In this document: one piece after another, positions 29,369 to 39,628 of the stretch | How positions within the stretch are numbered: the stretch's first letter is position 1 | Layout of the letters: each line of letters begins with the position of its first letter | Assembly: GCA_045046875.1 (NCBI GenBank) | Contig: JASFYY010000118.1 | Span: forward strand, 9,841 to 73,840 | DNA: 64,000 nucleotides | Reading direction: 5' to 3' | Source: Verrucomicrobiota bacterium | GTDB taxonomy: Bacteria; Verrucomicrobiota; Verrucomicrobiia; Verrucomicrobiales; DEV007 | Made by a program: the position numbers and the translations under genes | The notes under the pieces: model-generated | What the model was told of the DNA's origin: nothing | Databases searched by the model: none | The model's input: the letters and a program-made list of their open reading frames with translations, nothing else

Positions 29369-30958
29369 TCAAGGCAACGGCAATTCATCCAATTCTTTAA
29401 GCAAAGGCCGGTAAGCGTATTTATTAAGGATGGCAATCACACCACGGTCGCTGTTGTCACGCGCAACATCAGCATAAATACCCAGTGCGTTGTGCATCTG
29501 CTCGACAGCAGTTTCCAGATTTTCAACCTGGGCATCCGTGTCCTTGGCTGCGCGCGCGATTCCGGCTTTGCGCGCCGCATCAACCGCCATCATATAATGC
29601 AACGCGAAGGTGAAATGTTTTGCCTGGTACAAAATAAAAGGACGAGCCCCATCGCGGGCACGGGTATTACCACGATACATTTCATTGACGGCTGTGCCGT
29701 AAAGTTCCGTCGCTTTTGCCCACCATTCAGGAGCGGGTTCGGATGAGGTGTAGTTCTTCATGAACATTTTTGGATCAGGCACCGCAAAATCATAGTCATT
29801 TTTTTCGATCAAAGCCGACACCTCTTCGATAGCGGCAAACCCGTTGGAGAGACGTTCGACAACCCCCTCTCCGCAGATGGGTTTTACCAGATCCACCAGA
29901 GATTCTGCCGGGGTGATTTTAGAATCAAAAGAAGCGCGCGAAAGGTAATAGATATCCATATTTAAATCGCCGGGGATTGAGCATGTCACTGCAAATCCAT
30001 CCTTTTTACCGCTTCGAATCTCCGCCAATTTAGCCGGAAGTTTGCTGGTGGAAAATTGCGGCAGCAAACCGCCTCCTCCTTGCCCCAATGGCAATAATAC
30101 AATTTTTGAATCAACTTGTTTTTTTGCTATAGCTGAAGGTCTGATCCCGAGCTTACGAGCCAAGTTTGAAACCTCTGCCAGCATTTTTATTCGAGCATCA
30201 ATCCGCTCTTGCACTGTATTCTTCCCTGCTAAGTCGGGATTTTCGAAAATCTTGGCTCCAGCAAAAACGGATCGCCCGGCAGTATCACCGGAAACAGAAA
30301 ACTCCTTTCCATTTGCATTTTCTTGCTGACTTGCTTTTTGCGCTAAAGACACCCTGTTGAATTTTAACTTAGCCAACTGCTTTAAAAGTATTTTCTGTTC
30401 GGCCAGCCCCCATGATTCCTGACTAGCCGGCCCCGCAAATGCCACTTGCCACGCTCTAATGCGTAGATTGGGCTCAAGAACAGTATCAAAACCGGCAAGC
30501 GTGAATTCAGGTGTATCCACGGGAAGAAAATCGTCGTGCAACATGTAGCGAATCCCGAAGGAATGCCCAAGTTCATATACCGCCCATAGTGTTGCCACTG
30601 GGCTGCCCCCACCAACAATCAGCACCGTCTTGCCATCTATCTCGATGCTTTTCAAAAGGTGTCCTTGTTCTGAGAGCTTCTTCGGCCACTTGTCGCCAAC
30701 TAATTTTGCAATCGCAGGGTTGGTCGCAGGGCTACCGACGAGAACCAGATGTTCCGTGTTCGGCGGAGCGAATTTAGCCACCTCAACACTAGCTTGAAAC
30801 AATTCCTTAAATTGGCGTGCCATTTCCAATGCGGCATAAGCTTCCAGAGCTGGGGCATCCTCGCCGATAGCTACCGTGACGGTAGGCGCGGCAGCGTTCG
30901 ATTTAAACGCAATACCGACGAACAATAAAAGCGAAATAAAGAATGTGAATTTTTTCAT
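29369..30958 (-). CDS. Secreted protein with GH20/GH67-like zincin N-terminal domain
   Basis: EAYAALEM..QF, LVLVGSP..NP, EQGHLLK, IVGGGSPVATLWAVYEL...GIRY, LAKLKFNRV. Confidence 0.65.
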   Translation of the reverse strand: MKKFTFFISLLLFVGIAFKSNAAAPTVTVAIGEDAPALEAYAALEMARQFKELFQASVEVAKFAPPNTEHLVLVGSPATNPAIAKLVGDKWPKKLSEQGHLLKSIEIDGKTVLIVGGGSPVATLWAVYELGHSFGIRYMLHDDFLPVDTPEFTLAGFDTVLEPNLRIRAWQVAFAGPASQESWGLAEQKILLKQLAKLKFNRVSLAQKASQQENANGKEFSVSGDTAGRSVFAGAKIFENPDLAGKNTVQERIDARIKMLAEVSNLARKLGIRPSAIAKKQVDSKIVLLPLGQGGGGLLPQFSTSKLPAKLAEIRSGKKDGFAVTCSIPGDLNMDIYYLSRASFDSKITPAESLVDLVKPICGEGVVERLSNGFAAIEEVSALIEKNDYDFAVPDPKMFMKNYTSSEPAPEWWAKATELYGTAVNEMYRGNTRARDGARPFILYQAKHFTFALHYMMAVDAARKAGIARAAKDTDAQVENLETAVEQMHNALGIYADVARDNSDRGVIAILNKYAYRPLLKELDELPLP

Positions 30959-30973
30959 AAATTTATCTCCCGC

Positions 30974-32413
30974 TTACTTCGCTTCATTAGAAAAACAAAA
31001 CACACTCTCCCGTGTGCGAATGTATATCCGCCCATCCGCAATCGAGGGTGATGCAAAAATCTCTTCGCCCACATCATTCTTGGCTAGAACTTTCAACTTG
31101 GAACCATCGTCAATCACCACCACAAAACCATTGCGTCCGGCGATGTAAATTTTTCCATCGGCAGCAATCGGCGAGGCGTAATAATCACCAAAATTGCGCA
31201 AACGGGTTCGCCCCCAGACTTCGTCACCCGTCTTCGCATCAAAACATGATGAGATCCCACCTGACTTCACCACGTAAACGCGTTCTTTAAATACCAGAGG
31301 AGATGCTAGGTTCGACGGCGATTTGTTATCAATGTTCCAGACCAGGTGAGTCTTCGTCACATCCCCATTCCCCCCTCCCCGAACCGCCTGAATGGTATTG
31401 CCGCCACCAACCATATTATCAGGGTGCTGAAAGGCGGTTTCGATTTCTACCTTATCAATCTGCCCATCCTTGTTTTTGTCCGAAGCATCGAAGCGCCCGA
31501 AAAACTCTTTCGGCATTTCATCACGAGCCAGCATGCCGTCCTGGTTGGTATCGAGCCACTGCAGCAGGGCAAACTTCAAGGTGCGCTTGGAATCACCGTA
31601 ACTCTGCACCGCGATGTAAATGTGATCGTCTTTCACTACCGGAGATGTCATCACCGTGCGCAACAGCGTATTGCAAGTCCAGCGCTCCTTACCGGTGTCG
31701 GGATCATAACCTTTCAGCTTTCCCGAACCTGCCACCACCAGATCCGTCCGACCGTTGACGGTGCAAAACACTGGCAATGCATAACCCGCCAGCATATCGG
31801 GCCGCGCTGTCTTCCAGACTTGTTTACCCGTTTTTGCATCCAAAGCCAGAACATAGGATGCAAGGTCGTCATCCTGAGAAAAATAAATTTTATCTTCGTG
31901 AAGAACGGGCGAAGCCCCTGCCCCCCAATCCATCAGATAAATGGGTCGCGGTAATTCATGCCGCCAGATTTCATCACCACTCTTTGCATCAAATGCGAGA
32001 ATTCCCAGCGTACTGAAATAGACATATACCCGTTCACTGTCCGCCGTGACCGTCGACGAAGCCTGGCTGTTGGGCGGTGTGATCCTGAGTAGATCCCCGG
32101 TAGGCAGATCCTTTTGCCACAACGCTTTACCCGTCTTACTGTCATGGCAGAACACGGTGAAAGCTTTATCCCCGGTCATCGCCGTATTAAAAACACGTCC
32201 GGCAACAATCACAGCCGAACCAATCCCATCCCCGAGTTTCGCTTTCCACAGCAACTTGTTTTCAAAGGAAAACTCCGTCGGCAAAGGCCCTGAATCAACG
32301 GCCACTCCCGAACCATTCGGACCTCGGAATTGTGACCAGTCGTTTGCCTTGACGAGCGGTGATGCAAGGAAAATAAAGGCGGGTAAAATAATTAAAGGGC
32401 TAAAAAATCTCAT
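30974..32413 (-). CDS. PQQ-like beta-propeller protein with inserted EF-hand pair
   Basis: DWSQFRGPNGSG, WGAGASPV, YYASPIAADGKIY; DTNQDGMLARDE and DKNKDGQIDKVE. Confidence 0.88.
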   Translation of the reverse strand: MRFFSPLIILPAFIFLASPLVKANDWSQFRGPNGSGVAVDSGPLPTEFSFENKLLWKAKLGDGIGSAVIVAGRVFNTAMTGDKAFTVFCHDSKTGKALWQKDLPTGDLLRITPPNSQASSTVTADSERVYVYFSTLGILAFDAKSGDEIWRHELPRPIYLMDWGAGASPVLHEDKIYFSQDDDLASYVLALDAKTGKQVWKTARPDMLAGYALPVFCTVNGRTDLVVAGSGKLKGYDPDTGKERWTCNTLLRTVMTSPVVKDDHIYIAVQSYGDSKRTLKFALLQWLDTNQDGMLARDEMPKEFFGRFDASDKNKDGQIDKVEIETAFQHPDNMVGGGNTIQAVRGGGNGDVTKTHLVWNIDNKSPSNLASPLVFKERVYVVKSGGISSCFDAKTGDEVWGRTRLRNFGDYYASPIAADGKIYIAGRNGFVVVIDDGSKLKVLAKNDVGEEIFASPSIADGRIYIRTRESVFCFSNEAK

Positions 32414-32639
32414 GGGGGTCTAATTCTATATCAGCCCTTCGAATATGAATCAATCCCCAATATAAAACAGCTTCAAAATTGATGCTTTAACCACTTATCC
32501 TTACCTGCTTCAGATTAGCGCTCGTTATCAGCAATACTTGTGAGAAAAATTCAGCGCCGCTGAAAAACAACTGACAAAATCGCCTGTCATATAATATCAC
32601 AAAGGGTTTTGTTAAATATTTTGACCAATTTTCCCAAGC

Positions 32640-33626
32640 TCAATGAGGCACCACCAACTGCTCTCCCTCTTTTGGAGCCAATACCTGATGATGAACATTC
32701 TGTGCTATCGCGGCCAAATTCAACCGCCGCATCGGCTCGCACATGCTCTCATTGCCCAACGGAAAAGTAGCGTGATGCATCGGGATCATGCGATTGGCCT
32801 TCAAATCGACAAACGCCTGCAAAGCTTCTTCCGGGTTCATATGCACATCACGTCCACTCGGTGCTTCATAGGCACCGATGGGCAAAAGTGCCGTCCCTAT
32901 GTCATAGCGCTCCCCGATATCCCCAAAGCCCTCGAAATAAGCACTGTCTCCACTGTGGTATAAACTCGCGTGCGGGGTATTGATCAAAAATCCTCCGAAC
33001 CCCCGGTGGGTATCATGAATCATGCGTGCCCCCCAATGATAAGCTGGAGTAAAAACGATCTCCGTATCCCCCACCCTGAAGGTGTCCCAATTATTCATTT
33101 CCCGCACCACCGAGAAGTTCATCCGCTTCATCAACCGGCCGACCCCGGTCGGCACCAGAATCGGTTGACCTTTGGCTATTTTTTTCAAAGACGGCCGGTG
33201 CAAATGATCAAAATGCGCATGTGTCACCAAAACCAGATCAATCGTCGGCAGATCCATCAGCGCCATACCGGGATGGCGCGCACGTTTGACCGGCCCGTGC
33301 CACATCGCCCAGTTGGGATCAATCATGATATTCAGTTCCGGGGTGCGAATCAAAAACGATGCGTGGCCTATCCAGGTCACTTCGATTTCGTGATGTTCCA
33401 AATCAGCATACACCGGACGTCCGATAAATGAACGCTCCCGCTGTTTTAATATCGTCGGCACCAAACGGCTACCAATAAATTGACAATTTCTTTTTGCCCA
33501 ACCCTTCTGCGGTTTCAGTCCCACCCGCTGATCCTCCGTTACCGCCCCGGCATCGAGTCCACTTCCCAACTCACGATTCCTTCGGGATAAATTGCGCAAA
33601 TTAAAATCCGGAAATTTTCGATTCAT
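32640..33626 (-). CDS. MBL-fold metallo-hydrolase (NAPE-PLD/RomA-like)
   Basis: VTWIGHASFLI, THAHFDHL, YHSGDSAY, LPIGAY, HMNPEEA, IPMHHATF. Confidence 0.9.
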   Translation of the reverse strand: MNRKFPDFNLRNLSRRNRELGSGLDAGAVTEDQRVGLKPQKGWAKRNCQFIGSRLVPTILKQRERSFIGRPVYADLEHHEIEVTWIGHASFLIRTPELNIMIDPNWAMWHGPVKRARHPGMALMDLPTIDLVLVTHAHFDHLHRPSLKKIAKGQPILVPTGVGRLMKRMNFSVVREMNNWDTFRVGDTEIVFTPAYHWGARMIHDTHRGFGGFLINTPHASLYHSGDSAYFEGFGDIGERYDIGTALLPIGAYEAPSGRDVHMNPEEALQAFVDLKANRMIPMHHATFPLGNESMCEPMRRLNLAAIAQNVHHQVLAPKEGEQLVVPH

Positions 33627-33793
33627 TGAAGGGGGATAAGGGGTAAAAAGCTCGCAATTTATTTATATGAAATTTTTCAGCAAACTGAAACAAAAAAAAC
33701 TCCGTTTATTAAAAATATCTGCAAGCGAAAATGTTCAATCTATGATTCGATCATAATCAAGACGCCGGCATCAAACTTTCCCTACAGACTTGC

Positions 33794-35170
33794 TTAATTT
33801 TTCTGCAACAGTTCCTTGACCGCCTGCATCAACACCCCCTCAACCTCGGGCTGCGTTCGTGACACCCGGCCCACCTCGTAACCTCCCTGCCCATAAGCAA
33901 TCTGAGTCCCAATATAACCCGGGCCGCCATCCCCGTAAGCGGCCACCGCCACCATCTGCTCCGGTTTCATCTTTTTGGCCTGCAATTGATACTCCACAAA
34001 CAACTCACCAGGAAAAAACAATGCCTGCGCCGGCCCCACCGCCAGCCGCCCGATATCGATTTTGTGACCTTCCTTCCAACGCCGGAAATAAACCAAATCA
34101 CGCGCCGCACGAATACGAGTGCCCAACGGGGTCTTCTCATCCAGCAGTTCTTCATTCAGCTCATCCTCTGTTTTGCCCTTCCACGGCAAACTCACCGGAA
34201 CCGTGTTCCACTTCACTCCGGCCAAGTCCAGCTTCACCTTCTGCTGGGATTCCCAGGCCCGTTTCATACCCGCTTCCATACGTGCAGTGAGCACTGCTCG
34301 ATTGCCCACCGAACCATCATTATATTTCCCCGCCGCCACATTGCCACCGGCTCCATTAAAATGAATATGCGTCACCCCGGTTTCCTGCTGCCGCAGCCGC
34401 CGTGCCAGACCAGACGTATCCGGTGTCACCCCGCCCTTGCCGTAATAACTCATGGGATGCGAAGCGTAAAAAGTCAATGCCGCCACCGCCTGTTCCCCAT
34501 TCCAAAAGCTCAACAAACTCAACTCCGGATCTATCGTGCCTTCCGCAGCCGCAGCGACCTCCGGTTTTTTACAGGAGCTGCCACGCCACCATTTGATTTT
34601 TCCGTCCTCACCCAGAATCCGCCGATTGGAAGCGAACTTTTCCACCATGCCCTTACCACTACCCACATGCGTGATGCGCTGCTTCTTGGCCAAAGCATCC
34701 TTCAGTGCTACCACCGTTTTAGCAATCGCCAGATCATGAGAGCTCTGATCAAAAATCACATTTTTTAATCCCTGCCCATCCAATAGTTTTGCCGCCGATG
34801 CATCACAACCCGGCGAGTCATGGTTGTGAATCGTATGCACCGCCACCCGGTCGCGAGTGGTGCCCGCCGCCTTGGCAATCGCCTCACGCCATTGATCACT
34901 GCTGCCATTGGCAATACCGACGAAGTCCACCACGCACAGCACCACCGGCTCCCCCGCTCCCAGCAATACCACCCCCCGTGCCGTCAAAGGATCAACCACT
35001 TCCGTCATCGGCTTGACCAATCCGTAACAAAGCGCATCCCCTACCTCCGGAGTCACGTCGACTTCGAATACAGCCAATTCCAGTTCCGTTTCCGCCGCAC
35101 TCAAGCCGACTCCCATCCCACACAGAACCCCCGCCAAAACCCATGCCCACATCCGTCTTTTTATTTTCAT
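33794..35170 (-). CDS. Secreted neutral-ceramidase-like hypothetical hydrolase
   Basis: DVTP, DPLTARGVVL, HTIHNHDSP, YASHPMSYY, GAGGNV, PGELFVEYQL, AYGDGGPGYI. Confidence 0.7.
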   Translation of the reverse strand: MKIKRRMWAWVLAGVLCGMGVGLSAAETELELAVFEVDVTPEVGDALCYGLVKPMTEVVDPLTARGVVLLGAGEPVVLCVVDFVGIANGSSDQWREAIAKAAGTTRDRVAVHTIHNHDSPGCDASAAKLLDGQGLKNVIFDQSSHDLAIAKTVVALKDALAKKQRITHVGSGKGMVEKFASNRRILGEDGKIKWWRGSSCKKPEVAAAAEGTIDPELSLLSFWNGEQAVAALTFYASHPMSYYGKGGVTPDTSGLARRLRQQETGVTHIHFNGAGGNVAAGKYNDGSVGNRAVLTARMEAGMKRAWESQQKVKLDLAGVKWNTVPVSLPWKGKTEDELNEELLDEKTPLGTRIRAARDLVYFRRWKEGHKIDIGRLAVGPAQALFFPGELFVEYQLQAKKMKPEQMVAVAAYGDGGPGYIGTQIAYGQGGYEVGRVSRTQPEVEGVLMQAVKELLQKN

Positions 35171-35291
35171 CCTGATAAACTTATGAATTTTCACCTCCCC
35201 GTCCACCCAAACTTCATCTTCCCTTCCAGTCCCAATCCTCTCCTTGCATCCCGTTCCGACCTGTTGCACCGTTCAAAGCACCCATACGACT

Positions 35292-36347
35292 ATGTTCAAA
35301 CCCTCCACACTCTTGTTATCCTTCGCTATCTGGACCAGCCTCGTGATTTCCCCGAAATTCATTCAAGCTGCCGGTCAGGTCGACGATTCAAAGTTCTCCC
35401 CCCTGGTCCGCAGTTTTGAAGCAAGGGAAAAACCCAAACCTGTTTTCGAAAGTCAAAAATTCAGCCCCTACCCCGGTGAAACTGTTTCTTTTATTGGTGG
35501 CACCAATACCTTCGATTTACAAAACTCGGCCTACCTGGAGGCTCTCCTGCAAATAGCCTACCCCCAGCTCAAACTCAAAGTGCGCAACCTTGCTTGGCAG
35601 GGCGACACCGTCTTCGAACAGACCCGTCCACGTTTCTTTTTCACCAGGACCGGTGACAAACAACCCGGCAGCACCCCCGACCAACGCAAGCGCATCAAAC
35701 CCGGAATCGTATTTGTCAATTTTGGCAAAATGGAATCGCTCGAGGTCGGCGATAGCCTGACGGCTTTCCAGCAAGCCTACCAAACCTTCCTCGATCAATT
35801 ACAAACCCGCAGTCGTCGCATCGTTCTCGTATCGCCTACGCCGTTTTTTCCCCTCGGCCCGGCAAAAGCTCTCACGGATGAACGCAATAAAAAACTCATC
35901 CCGTTTGAAAAAGCGATCCGCAGCCTAGCCAAAAAACGCAATTTGCTCTATCTCGACTTGCTCACCCCTTTACTCAAAAAACTCGACCCATCCCTCTCCA
36001 CGGACGGCATCCATCTCAGCAATAGCGGCCAACGCCAAGTCGCCCTACTCACTGCCCGATCACTCGAATTCCCCATCGACCCCACTGCTGTCTTGAATTC
36101 TCCAAAACTGCAAGCCCTCGAACAAGCGTTGCACCGCAAAGACTTTTTATGGCAACAATACTACCACCCCACCAACTTCCCCTTCCTCTACGGTGATCGC
36201 CAAAGCCAGCCCGCCAGCCGTAGTCACATCGACAAGGACAAACGTTGGTTCAAAGAAGAAATTGGCCAAATACCTAACTTAATCAGCGAAACAGAAAACG
36301 ACATCCACCGTTATGCCGCTGAAGCCGCGTCTTCGATTTCAAAATAA
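35292..36347 (+). CDS. Secreted SGNH/GDSL-fold protein (block I Ser not evident)
   Basis: VSFIGGTN, RNLAWQGDTV, FGKMES, TDGIHLSNSG; precedes the PVC heme protein. Confidence 0.7.
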   Translation: MFKPSTLLLSFAIWTSLVISPKFIQAAGQVDDSKFSPLVRSFEAREKPKPVFESQKFSPYPGETVSFIGGTNTFDLQNSAYLEALLQIAYPQLKLKVRNLAWQGDTVFEQTRPRFFFTRTGDKQPGSTPDQRKRIKPGIVFVNFGKMESLEVGDSLTAFQQAYQTFLDQLQTRSRRIVLVSPTPFFPLGPAKALTDERNKKLIPFEKAIRSLAKKRNLLYLDLLTPLLKKLDPSLSTDGIHLSNSGQRQVALLTARSLEFPIDPTAVLNSPKLQALEQALHRKDFLWQQYYHPTNFPFLYGDRQSQPASRSHIDKDKRWFKEEIGQIPNLISETENDIHRYAAEAASSISK

Positions 36348-36382
36348 ACCTTCCCTCCCACTTCCCTCTTTTTTTCACCGCA

Positions 36383-39379
36383 ATGAAACCCAACACCCCA
36401 GCTTCCTCACCCCGCCGCCCCGCGATCTTGGCTCTAAGCTTATTATTAGCATTTTCCAGCTTCGCCTCCGCTTCCGGACCGGACAGCAGCAAAGCCAAGG
36501 ACAATACCGTCACCGCTGAAAAAGCCTCACTAAGAATCCACCCGGATTTTGAGATCAGTCTGTTTGCCGATGAAAAACTCGGCATCTCCAATCCCATTGC
36601 CTTACAATGGGACCATCGCGGACGCGCTTGGGTACTCTGCACCCTCGCTTACGCCCAACTCAAACCAGGGGAAATCCCCAACGACAAGATTTTCATCCTC
36701 GAAGATACCGACGGTGACCATGTCGCGGACAAGAGCACTATCTTCGCCGACAATCTCAACATGCCCACCGGTTTTGCCCTCGGTCACGGCGGTGTGTATC
36801 TCTCCGAAGGTGCCGACCTGATTCATCTCGCCGATACCAATCAGGATGACAAAGCTGACCAGAAAAAAATCATCCTCAGTGGTTTTGGCACCGGCGACAC
36901 CCACCAGAACATCAGCAACTTCGTCTGGGACAACGGTGGCTTTCTCTACTTCAGTCAAGGACTGCACACCGACTCGCAAGTCGAAACCCCATGGGGAACC
37001 GTGCGTGGGGTGCAAGCCGGTTTCTGGCGCTTTGATCCACGTGCCACCCGCCTCGCCCCCTTCTGTTTTCCGGTGCTGATGAGCGCTAACCCCTGCGGCA
37101 TTGCCCTCGACAAATGGGGAGCTTTGTTTGTCAAAAGCAATGGACCCGATACCGTCTTTTCCACCCCCGGCCTCATTCCCACCACCCATCCCCTGCGACT
37201 CAACACGGTCGCCAGTATCGGCAATACACCGGGCAAAAGCATGGGCGGCGAAATCATCGAAAATGCCCATCTGCCTGAGTGGTTACAAAACAACATCGTC
37301 ATCGCCGGATACTTCTCACGCCGGGTCACCGCGCTTCCGCTCACTCCAGAGAATTCCGGATTTGCCAAAGTCAAATCCACCGAACTGGTTTACGGTGAGC
37401 ACGTCAGCTTCCGCCCCGTGGATGTGCAGGCGGGTCCCGACGGAGCTCTCTACATCGTCGATTGGTTCAACCCCATCATCAATCATTACCAGGTCTCCCT
37501 GCGCCATCCTGATCGTGATTACGAACACGGACGCATCTGGCGACTCACTGCCAAAGATAAAAAACTCACTCAGGCTCCCAAACTCGACGGACTCTCTGCG
37601 CAAAAACTTTTCCCCTACCTCAAATCCTCCGACCGCTGGACCCGTGACCAGACCGAACGCCTGCTGATGGACATGCCAGCGAAGCAAGTCACCTCGGCTC
37701 TGAGCCAATGGAGCCAAGCTCTCGACGCTAAAAAAGACGCTCACGCCCTGCTCGAAGCCGCTGGAGTTATCGAAGCTCACAACGCGATCACCCCCGCTCT
37801 TCTCGAGCAACTGGTCGCCTCACCCGAGCCGCTCACCCGGGCCGTAGCTGCCCGCATCATCAGCCGCAGTCATCCACTACCCGACAACGCCATGAGTCTG
37901 CTGACAAAACTGGCCCGTGATCCCCATCCGCGTCCACGTTTGGAGAGCGTCATCGCCTGCTCCAGCATCGCCACCGCTGAATCATTCAAAACTGCCCTCA
38001 CCGTGCTCGACTCCAAAATGGATCGTTTCATCGACTACTCCCTCACCCAAACCGTGCACGCGCTCAAAGAACAGTGGTTGCCTGCTTTGGAATCCGGCAA
38101 ACTCAGCTTCGCCAATCCCCAACACCTCGCTTACACCCTCGAGTCCTACGGCGGAGCTGCCGCTGCCACTCTGGCCCGCAAGTCACTCGAATCAGGATCC
38201 GATCCAGCCACCCAAACCCGCCTACACGCCGTGCTTGCTAAAGTGGGCAACGCCAAGGACGTGCAAAACATCCTCAATCTAAAACCCGCCCAGGCCGATC
38301 TGCTCAATGCGCTGATCACCAACTGGTCCACCCGTCATATCAAACCCCAGGCGCCCTTTGCTCCCCGACTTACCGAATTGCTTTCATCTAGCTCAGTCGG
38401 CGTGCAAATCGCCGCCATCCGTCTAGCCGGATTATGGAAGGTTTCGGAAAACACCGACAGCATTGAAAAACTTGCCCTCGACAGTCAAGGCCAAGACATC
38501 GTGCGCTTTCCGGCTCTGATCAGTCTCGGCCAACTCAAAGGCAAAGCCGCCACCGCTTCGTTGCAAAAAATTGCCACTGATAAAAACAGCGCACTGAGTA
38601 TCCAACAAGCTGCGATCACCGCCCTGGTCAGCCTTGACTTCAATCTTGCCGCCAAAACCGCAGCCGGCATCCTCGCTAAAACAACTGACAGCAAAAACGC
38701 CTCCAGCATCCTGACTCCCTTCCTCGGCAAAAGCTCCGGCACCGAGGTGCTTGCCACCGCTCTAGAAAAAGTCAGCCTGCAAAAAGAACCCGCGCAGAAA
38801 ATCGCCAGCGCACTCTCTAGTATCGGACGAGTGGATCTCAAGCTCTCCAGTGTTCTCAATCAGGCCCAGGGATTACAAAACGCCAGCCCCGAATACGATG
38901 CTGAGTTTGTCCAACGACTGGCCGCCGAAGTGCGTGCCTCCGGCGACGCGGAAAAAGGCAAAGCAGTGTTCAACCTGCCGCAAACCACCTGCGTCGCTTG
39001 CCACAAAATCGGCGAAGTCGGCGGCATCCTCGGCCCCGATCTCACCACCGTCGGCGCTGGACTGCCCACCGACATCATCATCGACTCCGTCATCTGGCCC
39101 AAACGCCAGATCAAAGAAGGTTACGTCTCGGTCTCCGTCACCACCAAGGATCAAAAAATATATGCCGGTTACCAGGACCGCGTCGAAAACGGCATCCTCT
39201 ACCTGCGCGATACCGCCACCCAAAAAACCATCCCGATCAAGCTCTCTGACATCGCCAAAAAAGACGAGATCGGCACCATCATGCCAGCCGGCTTGACCAA
39301 CTCCCTGACCCGCGAACAAATCCGCAACTTGATTGCTTATCTCACTCATCTTAAAGGTGACGCACCGCAGTTGAAGTGA
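36383..39379 (+). CDS. PVC-type heme-binding CxxCH protein (GSDH-like propeller + HEAT repeats + cytochrome c)
   Basis: FEISLFA, LEDTDGD..ADK, GFGTGDTHQ, FRPVD...GPDGALYIVDWFN, CVACH, GPDLT, TIMPAGL. Confidence 0.92.
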   Translation: MKPNTPASSPRRPAILALSLLLAFSSFASASGPDSSKAKDNTVTAEKASLRIHPDFEISLFADEKLGISNPIALQWDHRGRAWVLCTLAYAQLKPGEIPNDKIFILEDTDGDHVADKSTIFADNLNMPTGFALGHGGVYLSEGADLIHLADTNQDDKADQKKIILSGFGTGDTHQNISNFVWDNGGFLYFSQGLHTDSQVETPWGTVRGVQAGFWRFDPRATRLAPFCFPVLMSANPCGIALDKWGALFVKSNGPDTVFSTPGLIPTTHPLRLNTVASIGNTPGKSMGGEIIENAHLPEWLQNNIVIAGYFSRRVTALPLTPENSGFAKVKSTELVYGEHVSFRPVDVQAGPDGALYIVDWFNPIINHYQVSLRHPDRDYEHGRIWRLTAKDKKLTQAPKLDGLSAQKLFPYLKSSDRWTRDQTERLLMDMPAKQVTSALSQWSQALDAKKDAHALLEAAGVIEAHNAITPALLEQLVASPEPLTRAVAARIISRSHPLPDNAMSLLTKLARDPHPRPRLESVIACSSIATAESFKTALTVLDSKMDRFIDYSLTQTVHALKEQWLPALESGKLSFANPQHLAYTLESYGGAAAATLARKSLESGSDPATQTRLHAVLAKVGNAKDVQNILNLKPAQADLLNALITNWSTRHIKPQAPFAPRLTELLSSSSVGVQIAAIRLAGLWKVSENTDSIEKLALDSQGQDIVRFPALISLGQLKGKAATASLQKIATDKNSALSIQQAAITALVSLDFNLAAKTAAGILAKTTDSKNASSILTPFLGKSSGTEVLATALEKVSLQKEPAQKIASALSSIGRVDLKLSSVLNQAQGLQNASPEYDAEFVQRLAAEVRASGDAEKGKAVFNLPQTTCVACHKIGEVGGILGPDLTTVGAGLPTDIIIDSVIWPKRQIKEGYVSVSVTTKDQKIYAGYQDRVENGILYLRDTATQKTIPIKLSDIAKKDEIGTIMPAGLTNSLTREQIRNLIAYLTHLKGDAPQLK

Positions 39380-39628
39380 GGGATTGGGAGGAAGGAGGGA
39401 AAAGAAGTTCAGAATACCAGACATGGGACAACCTTATTCTGATACCACTTTGAGCCGCCGTTCACAGCACATTAAGGCTTTGCTCCTTAACCTCAGCATG
39501 TGGCATGGATTGGCAATCCGTGTTTCTCGTTTCGGTATCGCTTTTAATTTTACCCTCAAATTTAACGCACCCCACTCCAACAACATTTTCCTAGAACGTG
39601 TCCGGTGTTCTGAAGTTGTGTAACTAAA

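Noticed and set aside
39384..39623. 79-aa ORF at the left edge of the defence locus
   Set aside because: Weak TTG start and no motif. It may be a decayed remnant, but I cannot support that.
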